A DNA stretch of 64,000 bases from a virus, in the IMG/VR virus record IMGVR_UViG_3300025536_000013, positions 1 to 64,000 of that record; one strand, 5' to 3'. Below, in pieces: positions 35,219 through 44,097 of the stretch (position 1 is the stretch's first letter; each line of letters starts with the position of its first letter). The translations under genes and the position numbers were made by a program. The notes below the pieces were generated by a model. It had not been told where the DNA came from. It saw nothing but the letters and a program-made list of their open reading frames with translations, and ran no database searches.

Positions 35219-36172
35219 ATGCCAGACAACAGCGGCATGCTAGACATTGACATTGTCCCGGTCATCAGTCCGCAGGCGCTGGCTGACCTCAGGGGCCAGT
35301 TCAGTGATGTCTCCGAGCAGGGCATCGCCGACGCCTTCGATCGTCTCAACGACGAGCAGCGCCGCAGTCGTAGCAATGCCGTATTCGACGAGATGAGTGG
35401 GGCCGCGGCCCGCCGCCGTTCCCAGAACATGCACGGCAATCTGCAAACCGGCATCGGCGCTGCAGGACGTGTAGCAAGCGGCAACGTGACCGGAGCCATC
35501 GGCATGGCCGGGCCGTGGGGTGCGGCCATCGCCGGTACCATCGGCGTGTTCCAGCAGTTGACCAGCACGATCAAGGGCTTCGTCGCCGTCGCCAATCCGG
35601 AGGTGGTAGAACTGTTCGACGATGCGGTGCGGGACATCAGCGGTGTGATCGGCAAGACGCTTACACCGGTCGTGCGTCACGCCGTGCCCTACGTGCAGTT
35701 GTTCGGCGACCTGCTCGCGTCTCTCGTGCCGTCCGGCCAAGACCTGGAAGACGCCTTCAAGGACTTAGCCGTGTCGGTGCATGACCTGAAGGTGGCCATC
35801 GATCCGTGGATACCGGTCCTGAAGAAGGGAGGCGGAGCTGCCGCTGATACTGCCAAGCAAACGCTTATCAGCAAGGTCGACCCCAGCTACGGCATCGTCT
35901 CCGGACTGTTCGGCAAATTGTTTCACAAGGCCATGAACCCGCCCGGCGGCATCGAGACCAAGAACATCAAGAGTGCTCGGAATGCTGCTCGCAAGGGCCA
36001 TGCGAGCTACGACTCCATCGAAGGGGCCGGGCGCAGCTTCCAGCTCGCCGGATTCAACTCCATCCAAGACCAAGCGGCGCAGGCCAACATCGATTCCGCC
36101 AAGCACCTTGCCAACATCGACGCCAAGACGCAGGGACACCACCTTGTCCCGGCGTCCGTGGGGAACTCTTAA
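35219..36172 (+). CDS. tape measure protein candidate (short, 317 aa)
   Basis: It sits after the G/GT pair. A Gly-rich hydrophobic segment GAIGMAGPWGAAIAGTIGVF is present and the flanks are helical. Confidence 0.45.
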   Translation: MPDNSGMLDIDIVPVISPQALADLRGQFSDVSEQGIADAFDRLNDEQRRSRSNAVFDEMSGAAARRRSQNMHGNLQTGIGAAGRVASGNVTGAIGMAGPWGAAIAGTIGVFQQLTSTIKGFVAVANPEVVELFDDAVRDISGVIGKTLTPVVRHAVPYVQLFGDLLASLVPSGQDLEDAFKDLAVSVHDLKVAIDPWIPVLKKGGGAAADTAKQTLISKVDPSYGIVSGLFGKLFHKAMNPPGGIETKNIKSARNAARKGHASYDSIEGAGRSFQLAGFNSIQDQAAQANIDSAKHLANIDAKTQGHHLVPASVGNS

Positions 36173-36173
36173 A

Positions 36174-37208
36174 ATGGCAAACGCACCTTATCCGCGGAAC
36201 TTCTATGACAACATCGTCAAATGGGTGCCGTCGCAGCAGTTCGTCGGCAAATCCGGCTCGGCGGTGGATGGCAACTTCGAGGTGGGCCGCTCCACGTGGT
36301 CCGAGCAGTGGGTGGTCAACTCCGATGACCTGCAAACGCTCATCGAGAACGTCATCGGCTACGCGATGGCTGGTGGTGCCCAAGCAGGCAATGGCGTGAT
36401 GACCCGCTACCTGCCGGCGACGTCGAACGAGTTCCCGTACATGTACGCCTCGTCCATCCAGCGTGTCGAGGCGCTGGCTCCGACCGGCAAAGGGATGTTT
36501 GAAGAAGCGCGTTTCAAGCAATGGCGGGCCACCATCCAGTTCGAGACGCCGCCATACAACGTCTACACCGACGAGCAGGTATTCACCAATTCTAGCGCCA
36601 CCAGGCCACCAGAGAGCCAGCGCTACGTCGTCTGGAACCGACAACCTGCTCCGGAGTTCGCCCGCACGCCGTACAACGCCTGGATCTACCCTCCTGGCAC
36701 AGGTGCCAGCAACGCTGGCGATCCGTTGCCCGGCCAGAACGGTCAGGCGATCCTGCTGACCAAGTATCGCATCACGGCCACGTGGGTGCAGGTGCCGGAA
36801 GCGTGGATCAGCACCAACAGCGGTCAGACCTTCGCCAATCTGGATGCCGCAACATCGACGGTCAACAACGCCGAGTTCCTTGGCTATCCGAAGGGCACGT
36901 TGTTGTTCGAGAGCTATGAACCGACACCTCGTGTCATGCCCATTCCACCGGGACAGATCGCCTTGAACCCTGGGCAGACGCCTCGCTGCTACGATGTGAT
37001 GCTCAAGTGGCTGTACTTCGATCCGCAGCCGGTGTACACACCAGGCAATCCTAATGATGCGGCCAGAGGCCACAACCTCGTCTACAACCCTGCCACAAAT
37101 CCAGGACAGTGGCAACGGGCGCTCAAGATCAACACGAATACCGACGTGAGCGCCAACTGGTTCTATCGCGAGTACGATCACACCAAGATCTTCAAGAAGG
37201 CTTCCTAA
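36174..37208 (+). CDS. tail tip / distal tail protein candidate
   Basis: The ORF is 344 aa, immediately after the tape measure (TAAAATG). GC3 is high. Confidence 0.5.
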   Translation: MANAPYPRNFYDNIVKWVPSQQFVGKSGSAVDGNFEVGRSTWSEQWVVNSDDLQTLIENVIGYAMAGGAQAGNGVMTRYLPATSNEFPYMYASSIQRVEALAPTGKGMFEEARFKQWRATIQFETPPYNVYTDEQVFTNSSATRPPESQRYVVWNRQPAPEFARTPYNAWIYPPGTGASNAGDPLPGQNGQAILLTKYRITATWVQVPEAWISTNSGQTFANLDAATSTVNNAEFLGYPKGTLLFESYEPTPRVMPIPPGQIALNPGQTPRCYDVMLKWLYFDPQPVYTPGNPNDAARGHNLVYNPATNPGQWQRALKINTNTDVSANWFYREYDHTKIFKKAS

Positions 37209-38588
37209 GTGGACAGAAATTGGTCCAACGTGCCCAAGGCACTCTGGCCTGCCCTCAACCGCCTCGCCGACGCCGTGGACACCGCTCTCAACTGGCGGAC
37301 GGACGGCTCGCTGGTCGTGCAGGTCCAGGGCGGTTCCATGTACGGAGCCGTCACGTACCCTGAACCGATCATGGGCATGGTGCTGGGCGGCACCGACCCG
37401 TACAGCTGGGCTCGTGTGACTCCAGACGAAGCCGGCGTCTGGTACGTGGACTCGGCGCAGCCGCTTTACGGCCAACGTACCGGACAGGTCGTAGCGATTC
37501 TCAATACAGCGTCTTACGACAGCGGCACCGGCCTCATCACCTTCGAGACCAAGAAGGACATCCAGACCGCTGGCGTCACCGCTGGCACCACGGTCAAGGT
37601 CCGCGGTGTCAACCCATCGTCATATAACGGCGATTACACGGTCGTCACTTGCACCGGACAGAACTTCACCGCGACTGCATCGGACCCTGGCACTTACGCC
37701 TTCGGCGGCGGAGCCTGCTTCGACGTGACCGCGGCGACAGCCTTCCGTCCGGCATATGAAGAAAACGACAACGCCACGGTCGGAGTCGGCAAGATCGTTC
37801 GCATCGAGCAACGAATTCTGACCACCATCGATGGCGAGGACGTTGAGTACGAGTACAGGTTCCCCTACTGCTGTACCCCCGGCGGTAACACCACGCTCAT
37901 CGAGACCACCGTCTCCATGAGCCTGAACAGCCGTCAGAACAACTTCACCACCACCAACTACACCGCTTACCTGCTCACCGCGCAGGCCAACTTCTCCATC
38001 ACCGGCTTCGGTAACGGCGTCTGCGGCAAGGTGATCGAGCTGATCAACAGCGGCAGCAACAACAACACCATCACCGTCGAGAGCAACAGCACGCAGAGCA
38101 GCGCCGCCAACCAGTACGGTGGGGCCAACGGGGCCAGCGACGTCATCGGCCCGCAGTCCTCGGCCACGTACTTCTACGATTGCGTGCGGCAGAAATGGAT
38201 CAAGAAGGCAGGGTCCGGTACAGCCAGCGGCGGCGGGGTCATCGACCTGACCGGATCGGCCAGCGATCCGCCGGCGCAACTGCTCTACGAAGCCACAAGC
38301 CCAGCTGGCCTTGACGGCTGGATCTCCGTGGCCCAAACCACTGCGCAAGCTCTTACTGTCATCTTTGAGTGGGTGGACTACCTGGGCAACGTGACCACTA
38401 ACGCCGGCGTCAGCACGGGCGGTGGGAACATCGTGCTGTTGGCCAATATGGGAATGCCCGCCGCAACCGCCGTATCAAACACCTCGATCAGAGTAGGCAG
38501 AGGGCTCATCACCACCTTCCGCATCTACGGCCAGACCGCCAACCTGGGCACTCCTGCCCCGTACCGCATTCTGGGCCGCATGGTCTAA
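37209..38588 (+). CDS. tail fibre / receptor-binding protein candidate
   Basis: The ORF is 459 aa, G/T/N-rich and beta-like. It is the last structural gene of the block. Confidence 0.5.
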   Translation: MDRNWSNVPKALWPALNRLADAVDTALNWRTDGSLVVQVQGGSMYGAVTYPEPIMGMVLGGTDPYSWARVTPDEAGVWYVDSAQPLYGQRTGQVVAILNTASYDSGTGLITFETKKDIQTAGVTAGTTVKVRGVNPSSYNGDYTVVTCTGQNFTATASDPGTYAFGGGACFDVTAATAFRPAYEENDNATVGVGKIVRIEQRILTTIDGEDVEYEYRFPYCCTPGGNTTLIETTVSMSLNSRQNNFTTTNYTAYLLTAQANFSITGFGNGVCGKVIELINSGSNNNTITVESNSTQSSAANQYGGANGASDVIGPQSSATYFYDCVRQKWIKKAGSGTASGGGVIDLTGSASDPPAQLLYEATSPAGLDGWISVAQTTAQALTVIFEWVDYLGNVTTNAGVSTGGGNIVLLANMGMPAATAVSNTSIRVGRGLITTFRIYGQTANLGTPAPYRILGRMV

Positions 38589-38611
38589 ACCCCCAACAAT
38601 GAGACGCAACC

Positions 38612-39562
38612 GTGAGCATGAACCGCGACGACGAGACCTCACACCTCTACCAGCTCCTTTCCCGCATCAACTCCCTCAGCACCAAGGACATGACTCCCGA
38701 TGAAGCGGAGGCGTTCAAGGAACGCACCCGCGCCGTGTGGGAGCTATCCCTGGACCGTCCTCAGCAGCGGCGTCCCCGCGTCTTCGTCGGCGTGCCTTAT
38801 TACAGCCACGTCACCGTCGGCACGCACATGGCGGCGACGCAGTGGGCCAGCGACCAGCACCTCGACGTGGGCACGGAGTTCCACTGCTCGTCGTTGCTGG
38901 TCAATGGCTTCAACCGGTTGCTTGCCGACGCTTTCAATCACCCCAAGCAGTTCGACCTGTTCTGCCTGCTCCACGCCGACGTGGTGCCACGCATCCACCG
39001 GCAACCGCCCGGCAAGGGCTTCTGGCTCGACGTGCTGGTCCGCGACCTGTACGAGCACGGGCTCGACGTCCTCCACGTGCCGGCGGCGGTCAAGGACGTG
39101 CGTGGCGTGACCAGCACTGCCATCGGGCGCAAGGACCGCGCCCAACAATGGAACCACGTGAAGAAGCTGAGCGTGCGGGAGATCGGGCTACTGCCGAGGG
39201 TGTTCACGCTGCGGGACTGCGAACGGCTGCTGGACCTGACGAAGTTCGGATCGAGCGAAGAGCTGTGCCTGTTGCCGAACACTGGCTGCATGCTGGTGCG
39301 ACTGGACAAGCTGCGGGAACGGCGCTTCCCCGGCTTCCGCTGCGAAGACGAGCTGCACTGGCAGGGCGACGGCACGTGCGTGGCGGGCAACGTGCCGGAG
39401 GATTGGAACTTCGGCCGCTGGTGCGCCCACGAGGGGCTCAAGGTCGGTGGCACCACGAACCTGGCCACCACGCACGTCGGCCCGCACGAGTTCGTCAGCG
39501 ACCAGGACTGGGGCTGGCAGCTGAGCGAGTACGGCGGGACGCCGACGGCGAAGGTGTTCTAG
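38612..39562 (+). CDS. GT-A-like putative glycosyltransferase, paralog 3
   Basis: The shared segments are SSLLVNGFN, FCLLHADVVP, VTSTAIG, LLPNTGCMLVR and PEDWNFGRWCAHEGLKVGGTT. Confidence 0.6.
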   Translation: MSMNRDDETSHLYQLLSRINSLSTKDMTPDEAEAFKERTRAVWELSLDRPQQRRPRVFVGVPYYSHVTVGTHMAATQWASDQHLDVGTEFHCSSLLVNGFNRLLADAFNHPKQFDLFCLLHADVVPRIHRQPPGKGFWLDVLVRDLYEHGLDVLHVPAAVKDVRGVTSTAIGRKDRAQQWNHVKKLSVREIGLLPRVFTLRDCERLLDLTKFGSSEELCLLPNTGCMLVRLDKLRERRFPGFRCEDELHWQGDGTCVAGNVPEDWNFGRWCAHEGLKVGGTTNLATTHVGPHEFVSDQDWGWQLSEYGGTPTAKVF

Positions 39563-39792
39563 CCGCCTACCTCTAGGTACTCCTCAAGAGACGTGAATTG
39601 CCTCGCGTTGAACCTGGCCTGTCTTCCGCTGGCGAGGAAGTACAGATCGCATATCTTGCGGCCCCCGTCGTCGCAACGCTGATGCATTTCTGCCACGTCG
39701 CTGCAACCCAAGTCGCACAGTACGTCGTGGATGGCGAACCAGCAGTCCTCGCCGTTCGCCCACGCCAGCAGCAACCGCTTCAGCTCGTCCAT
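39559..39792 (-). CDS. small protein with a TIGR02996-like N-terminal module
   Basis: MDELKRLLLAWANGEDCWFAIHDVLCDLG resembles 47651-48094. ATGA couples it to the upstream gene. Confidence 0.55.
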   Translation of the reverse strand: MDELKRLLLAWANGEDCWFAIHDVLCDLGCSDVAEMHQRCDDGGRKICDLYFLASGRQARFNARQFTSLEEYLEVGG

Positions 39793-39989
39793 CACTTCCC
39801 CTCCGTCATCGTGCCCAGCCAGCGGACCGACGTGATCCGCCTGACCTGGGCACCCCACTCCAGCATCTCGTGGATCAGCTCCCGCCGAGCGTCCTCCTCG
39901 CAGGTCGCCAGCACCTGGGTCTTCATGCCGAAGACGCCGCCGTCTCCGCTGTACCCTTCCCACTCCATCTCATAAGCGTGCACGGTCAT
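39792..39989 (-). CDS. hypothetical small protein
   Basis: The ORF is 65 aa. Start and stop are coupled on both sides. Confidence 0.55.
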   Translation of the reverse strand: MTVHAYEMEWEGYSGDGGVFGMKTQVLATCEEDARRELIHEMLEWGAQVRRITSVRWLGTMTEGK

Positions 39990-40399
39990 GGTTGGATCTC
40001 CAGTGCGGCGTTGATGGTGGTGATGGCGGCTTCTGCTGCATACTTGTCCTTGTGGTAATCCTGGCAGCGGTCAATCTGCCTTACGCAAGTCTCCAGTGCC
40101 GCCTTGGCCTCCCGCAGTGCCGCCGTGAGCCGGTCGCACTCGGCCTGGCCGCAAGCTACGCCAGCGTTGTAACCAGAGAGAAAACTGGTTTTGCCAGCGG
40201 CTATTTCCGCTTGAGCAGCTTCCAGGGCGTCTGCCAGGCGGGGGGCGAGGTTGGCAATCGCAATCAGACTCTCGACGGCATGAGCAGCGACCATGACGAT
40301 GCCGCCTGCGTTCCTGTCGCGGGCGCTGCTGCGTATCGCCTTTGTCTCAGACAGGGCCGCTCGCAGGGCGGCTATCTCAAGAGCGGTGAGGCTATCCAT
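39986..40399 (-). CDS. hypothetical helical protein
   Basis: GGAGG lies upstream of ATG 40399. The sequence is A/L/E-rich. Confidence 0.55.
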   Translation of the reverse strand: MDSLTALEIAALRAALSETKAIRSSARDRNAGGIVMVAAHAVESLIAIANLAPRLADALEAAQAEIAAGKTSFLSGYNAGVACGQAECDRLTAALREAKAALETCVRQIDRCQDYHKDKYAAEAAITTINAALEIQP

Positions 40400-40598
40400 T
40401 GCGGGCCTCCAATTTGTAGCCCATGTAGGGCTCTGTGATGTAGCCGCATCGCATCGCCCAATCGAAGTGCTCGTCGCACAAGTGGAGGCTTGGCCCCCCT
40501 TCGACGAGTGTCCCGGCACTGTCCACGGTGTTCACAGTATGGCAGGCGAACTTGCCGCACTTGCAGCATTTCGGGTCGGCGGGGGTGACGGGGTTCAT
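40392..40598 (-). CDS. small Cys-rich protein
   Basis: GGGAG lies upstream of ATG 40598. KCCKCGKFACH...LCDEH is present. Confidence 0.55.
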   Translation of the reverse strand: MNPVTPADPKCCKCGKFACHTVNTVDSAGTLVEGGPSLHLCDEHFDWAMRCGYITEPYMGYKLEARNG

Positions 40599-40807
40599 GG
40601 GGTCTCCCTTTCTTGAAACGATGCGCGAACAGGACACTGACCTTTCGTTTCCCGACTCAACCGCACTTCGTCGATGCCGCTCTGGGCGCTGGCGAGGACG
40701 CGGTTTGCCAGCGTCACCAGCACTTCCAGCGACTCGCAGAAGTAGCTGTTGACCGGGAAATCCCGGCCACAGGCAGCCCCGTAGCAGTAGCAGTCGAGAT
40801 ACCACAT
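40595..40807 (-). CDS. small Cys-rich protein
   Basis: The N-terminus is MWYLDCYCYGAACG. The 3' end is coupled to the next gene's start. Confidence 0.5.
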   Translation of the reverse strand: MWYLDCYCYGAACGRDFPVNSYFCESLEVLVTLANRVLASAQSGIDEVRLSRETKGQCPVRASFQERETP

Positions 40808-40810
40808 GCT

Positions 40811-41008
40811 TCACCTCGCCGCGTTCTTCGGGTAGATGCTCTGGTAGCCAACGTGCCGGTGGAACTTGCCGTCCCGCGAAACCCATTCCGAGTACATGAT
40901 CGAGCCGTCCGCCATACGCTCCGACTTGCAGCGGCAGAAGCCGTCGTGCCCCTTATCACGGATGCAGGTTCCGTCATGGAATCCGTGCTTGATGCCGCAG
41001 CGTGTCAC
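40811..41008 (-). CDS. small Cys/His-rich protein
   Basis: GTG 41008 overlaps the upstream stop (GTGA). RCGIKHGFHDGTCIRDKGHDGFCRC is present. An alternative start is ATG 41071. Confidence 0.45.
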   Translation of the reverse strand: MTRCGIKHGFHDGTCIRDKGHDGFCRCKSERMADGSIMYSEWVSRDGKFHRHVGYQSIYPKNAAR

Positions 41009-41217
41009 GATAGCGGCCCCTCCTCCAAGCCCAGCGACTCCAGCGACGGCGGCGCTGGCAGCGGCATCCATGCTATCGGCCGCTCGTAAGCACCCTGCCG
41101 CCACTCACCGTCAATGCACGTTCCGGTGCCCACTGTTACCGACCCGTGCAGGGTGTTGAAGAACGCGACAAGGTAGCAGCCTGTCTTGCCTTCGCCCTGA
41201 GTAATCTTGTTCCACAT
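41005..41217 (-). CDS. hypothetical small protein
   Basis: The ORF is 70 aa with protein-like composition. Confidence 0.55.
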   Translation of the reverse strand: MWNKITQGEGKTGCYLVAFFNTLHGSVTVGTGTCIDGEWRQGAYERPIAWMPLPAPPSLESLGLEEGPLS

Positions 41218-41244
41218 GCCCGCCTTCCCTCCATGTCAGATGTC

Positions 41245-41664
41245 TTAGAATTGCGTTGTAATAAGACGCAAGACCTCACCGCACCGGCGTCCCTCCAGTA
41301 TGGCGTCGAGGATGGCGGCCATGCCGAGCGATTCGGTGGGCCAGTTGGTATCAGCGTGAGGACCCTTTCCTTTCATCGCAAGGCATAGCCAGCCAGGAGC
41401 TATCTCGCCGTTCGTGGTGTACGGTCCAGTTACACTGAGAATAAACGTGTCTCCGTCTTGGATGAACGGACTCCAAAGCCACCACGAGTCCTTGCCGCCG
41501 TCCTCCGGCCGTATCCTCACCGTCTCCCTCACCCGCCCTGCCGCCTCCGGCCTGCCCTGCTCCTCCAGCCAATCGGCCAGGGCGAAGCGGAGCGTTTCCT
41601 CTGACGGGTTGGCGATAATCGCCTCGCGGAAGGTCTGCTCGGTGGGGTGGACGCAGGTGGTCAT
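41245..41664 (-). CDS. TIGR02996-domain protein (Gemmata-type repeat-companion domain)
   Basis: AGGAG lies 6 nt upstream of ATG 41664. FREAIIANPSEETLRFALADWLEEQGRPEAA closely matches the TIGR02996 consensus as I recall it. Confidence 0.65.
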   Translation of the reverse strand: MTTCVHPTEQTFREAIIANPSEETLRFALADWLEEQGRPEAAGRVRETVRIRPEDGGKDSWWLWSPFIQDGDTFILSVTGPYTTNGEIAPGWLCLAMKGKGPHADTNWPTESLGMAAILDAILEGRRCGEVLRLITTQF

Positions 41665-41675
41665 GGCGGCTCCTG

Positions 41676-41801
41676 TTACCGAACAATCAGCCAAACGATG
41701 GTGGCTCCAGCCACGGCACCAACGGCAAAGCAGACGGCCGCCAGAACAACGAGCCCGCAGGCCATCTGCTCTCCGAGTCGGTTGAAAGCACTTCCGTCCA
41801 T
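41676..41801 (-). CDS. 41-aa membrane peptide
   Basis: GGAGGA lies upstream of ATG 41801. A TM helix ACGLVVLAAVCFAVGAVAGATIVWLIV is present. It is below the ORF-track cutoff. Confidence 0.4.
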   Translation of the reverse strand: MDGSAFNRLGEQMACGLVVLAAVCFAVGAVAGATIVWLIVR

Positions 41802-41963
41802 CGGTGGTCAGTCCTCCAAAGAAAGGCCGGGAGCGTGCTGCTTGGCTCAGCGTTCAGGCACGCCAACGCGGTTGGACTATGCCGGGGCTAATGCACAGAG
41901 CCCACTTTTGTCCCCTATTCGCGCGGCTCACGCCGCAGCACACACGCCCCCGGCTGAGTCACG

Positions 41964-42218
41964 TCACAGCCGCGGTCGGTCCTCCATTGCGGGCGACTCG
42001 GCCAGCCGCGTGAGCAGGTCGCCCAGGTCACTTGGGTGTGTGTTCTTGTCGGCGTCGTAGCACAGCTTGGCTCCAGCCAGCAGGGCAGCCCGCCACACGT
42101 CGCGGCGGTCGGCGGCGATGATGGCAGTCTCGGCGGCCAGGTCGCCGGGCGCGGATACGCACTCCATCACGTCGCGGGCTACGTCACTCGGCGGTCGCAA
42201 GCGTGCCTCACGGCTCAT
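41964..42218 (-). CDS. hypothetical small protein
   Basis: AGGAG lies upstream of ATG 42218. Confidence 0.5.
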   Translation of the reverse strand: MSREARLRPPSDVARDVMECVSAPGDLAAETAIIAADRRDVWRAALLAGAKLCYDADKNTHPSDLGDLLTRLAESPAMEDRPRL

Positions 42219-42456
42219 TGGCAATCTCCTTGAGTCGGTTGACGTGCCGCGCCTGGGACGTGGCGAGCGGCACCAAGCCGTCCTCGTCATCCCGAATCTG
42301 CTCACTCAGCCGCACCGCCAGGGCACGCAGGCGGTCGCGGTCGGCCAGGGCGGCGATGCCGGCAGCCCGCAACGCCTGCCTGCCTTCGGGGAGTTGCAGG
42401 TCGCGCCAGCTACAGTCTCGTAGCAAGGCTCGCTGCTCCTCCGTCAGTCGCGGCAT
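42208..42456 (-). CDS. hypothetical small protein
   Basis: GGAGGA lies upstream of ATG 42456. Confidence 0.5.
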   Translation of the reverse strand: MPRLTEEQRALLRDCSWRDLQLPEGRQALRAAGIAALADRDRLRALAVRLSEQIRDDEDGLVPLATSQARHVNRLKEIANEP

Positions 42457-43088
42457 GGCTCGGTCCTCCAGAATCCGTCCACCAGCTCCACGGCGGGCAG
42501 CATCCCACGCCACGGCCTGTTGGACTGGTCGGGCTTCATGCCGCCCTCCAACCACTGAAGGGTCAGCTCGTCGGCATAATACCGTGCCTCGTCCTCCGAC
42601 GGCAGTCTGGTCCGGTGCCAGCCGCCGAGGTGGTGCCGCACGCCGTGTGCCCACTCCCCCGTCGTCCGGTCTAGCACCTCGTGGATGCTGAACAGCGTCG
42701 GCGGCTCCCAGCTCGTCACCTTGAGCCAGCCGCGGCCGTGGCAGTGGGGGCAGGTCTTGGTTCCGTCGCCTTCCACCTCGGCTAGCGCTGCTTGCGGGTC
42801 GGAGTCATCTACCCAACCGCGGGCAACCCGACCACTGTTCCCGCACGCCACGCAGTCCCGCACGATCTCCACCTCGTCGTACGTTTCCGTCTCCTCCTGC
42901 TCCTCCAGCATCCGGGTCAATGCCAGGAAGCTGCCGGTGGGCGATGGCACGTGCTGCGGACCTCGCGGGAATGGCTGGCCCTGCGGCACCGGCGGGACGT
43001 AGTTGCCCTCGATGCCGTCGAGTCGCTGCTCGGCCTTGGCGATGAACTGCTCCACGCGCTTGGCGATGGCTTCGTCGTCGTTGGTCAT
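42444..43088 (-). CDS. hypothetical protein with two CxxCxGxG-type zinc knuckles
   Basis: GGAGGG lies upstream of ATG 43088. CVACGNSGR and CPHCHGRGW are present. Confidence 0.55.
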   Translation of the reverse strand: MTNDDEAIAKRVEQFIAKAEQRLDGIEGNYVPPVPQGQPFPRGPQHVPSPTGSFLALTRMLEEQEETETYDEVEIVRDCVACGNSGRVARGWVDDSDPQAALAEVEGDGTKTCPHCHGRGWLKVTSWEPPTLFSIHEVLDRTTGEWAHGVRHHLGGWHRTRLPSEDEARYYADELTLQWLEGGMKPDQSNRPWRGMLPAVELVDGFWRTEPCRD

Positions 43089-43471
43089 TTCGGTCCCTCC
43101 CACTCGACCTTGGGGCAGAACCACTTGTCTTCGATGAAGTGGCCTATGGCAAGGATGCTGCCGCCGATGCCTTCGTGCAGGCATCGCAACGGCATGCCGT
43201 TCAACTCTCCCCACTCTTTCGCCCCGACGATCTCCAGCGTGCGGGTGATGAAGTGCGAGCAGTAGCTCTTGCCCTCGCTGAACTCCCCAATCCTGCCAAG
43301 GTGGTAGCCGCCGAACCCACAGCTACTGCCGTGGAAGGACACGTACACCCAACCGCTCAGCAGCCCGTGATCGGCGATGGACAGCGATACCTTGTCCACC
43401 TTACCATTCTCCACCTCTTGCCAGTTCTTGCCGAGCCTGGTCAATTCCTTCTGCACTTCCTTCAGTTTCAT
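43085..43471 (-). CDS. hypothetical protein
   Basis: AAGGAG lies upstream of ATG 43471. The ORF is 128 aa. Confidence 0.55.
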   Translation of the reverse strand: MKLKEVQKELTRLGKNWQEVENGKVDKVSLSIADHGLLSGWVYVSFHGSSCGFGGYHLGRIGEFSEGKSYCSHFITRTLEIVGAKEWGELNGMPLRCLHEGIGGSILAIGHFIEDKWFCPKVEWEGPK

Positions 43472-43485
43472 CGTGCGTCTCCTTG

Positions 43486-43734
43486 TTAGCCTTCTCCGCC
43501 AATCTCCCATTCCGGCAACTGCTTGTGCTCCTCGAACGCCACGGACGCCAGCTGCTCGTGCAGCGTGGCCAGCATGCGCAGCTCCATCCGCAGCTCGCGG
43601 GCCAGCGCCTTCACCTCGCAGATGCACTCTGCGGTGGCCTCCGGGTCTTCGTCCGGAGCCGTGCCGTTGCGCATGTCCTCGAAGTCGGCGATCAGGGCTT
43701 CGAGCCATTGAATCCGTTCTTCACGCTCGGTCAT
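43486..43734 (-). CDS. hypothetical acidic protein
   Basis: AAGGAG lies upstream of ATG 43734. Confidence 0.5.
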   Translation of the reverse strand: MTEREERIQWLEALIADFEDMRNGTAPDEDPEATAECICEVKALARELRMELRMLATLHEQLASVAFEEHKQLPEWEIGGEG

Positions 43735-43951
43735 TGTCCAGCTCCTTCCTTCCACGTCTGGTCACCCGGACCAAGAACTCGTAGTCTCCAACTCGCACGG
43801 CGATGGTGGACAGGTTCCGATACGTTTCGATCTTGTGCTCGTGTATCGGGTCCTCCTCTTGCTGCTGGTAGCCGTCCGCCTCGCACTCGGACATGCAGCC
43901 GTGAATGAACTCAGCCACCTGCACCGCGGTCACCTTCCCTTGCTTCGCCAT
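43721..43951 (-). CDS. hypothetical small protein
   Basis: AAGGAG lies upstream of ATG 43951. Confidence 0.55.
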   Translation of the reverse strand: MAKQGKVTAVQVAEFIHGCMSECEADGYQQQEEDPIHEHKIETYRNLSTIAVRVGDYEFLVRVTRRGRKELDNDRA

Positions 43952-43965
43952 CTCTAGCTCCTTCC

Positions 43966-44097
43966 TTAGAATCCCAGCCAGTCAGCCTCGATGTTGGACT
44001 GCCTGGCGATGTCGAGCAGGGTCGGCAGGCCACGACGCGGGCACTGGCACCAGAACACCCACTCGCCTTCGTGCGTCAGGATGAACACGGAGACCAT
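43966..44097 (-). CDS. 43-aa protein
   Basis: AAGGAGG lies upstream of ATG 44097, which overlaps the csrA stop (TGATG). The translation is MVSVFILTHEGEWVFWCQCPRRGLPTLLDIARQ... It is below the ORF-track cutoff. Confidence 0.4.
   Translation of the reverse strand: MVSVFILTHEGEWVFWCQCPRRGLPTLLDIARQSNIEADWLGF

Noticed and set aside
39598-39975. 125-aa + strand ORF beyond the end of the late block
   Set aside because: It is antisense to two SD-preceded, coupled - strand genes (39559-39792 and 39792-39989). It has no SD and low-complexity translation.
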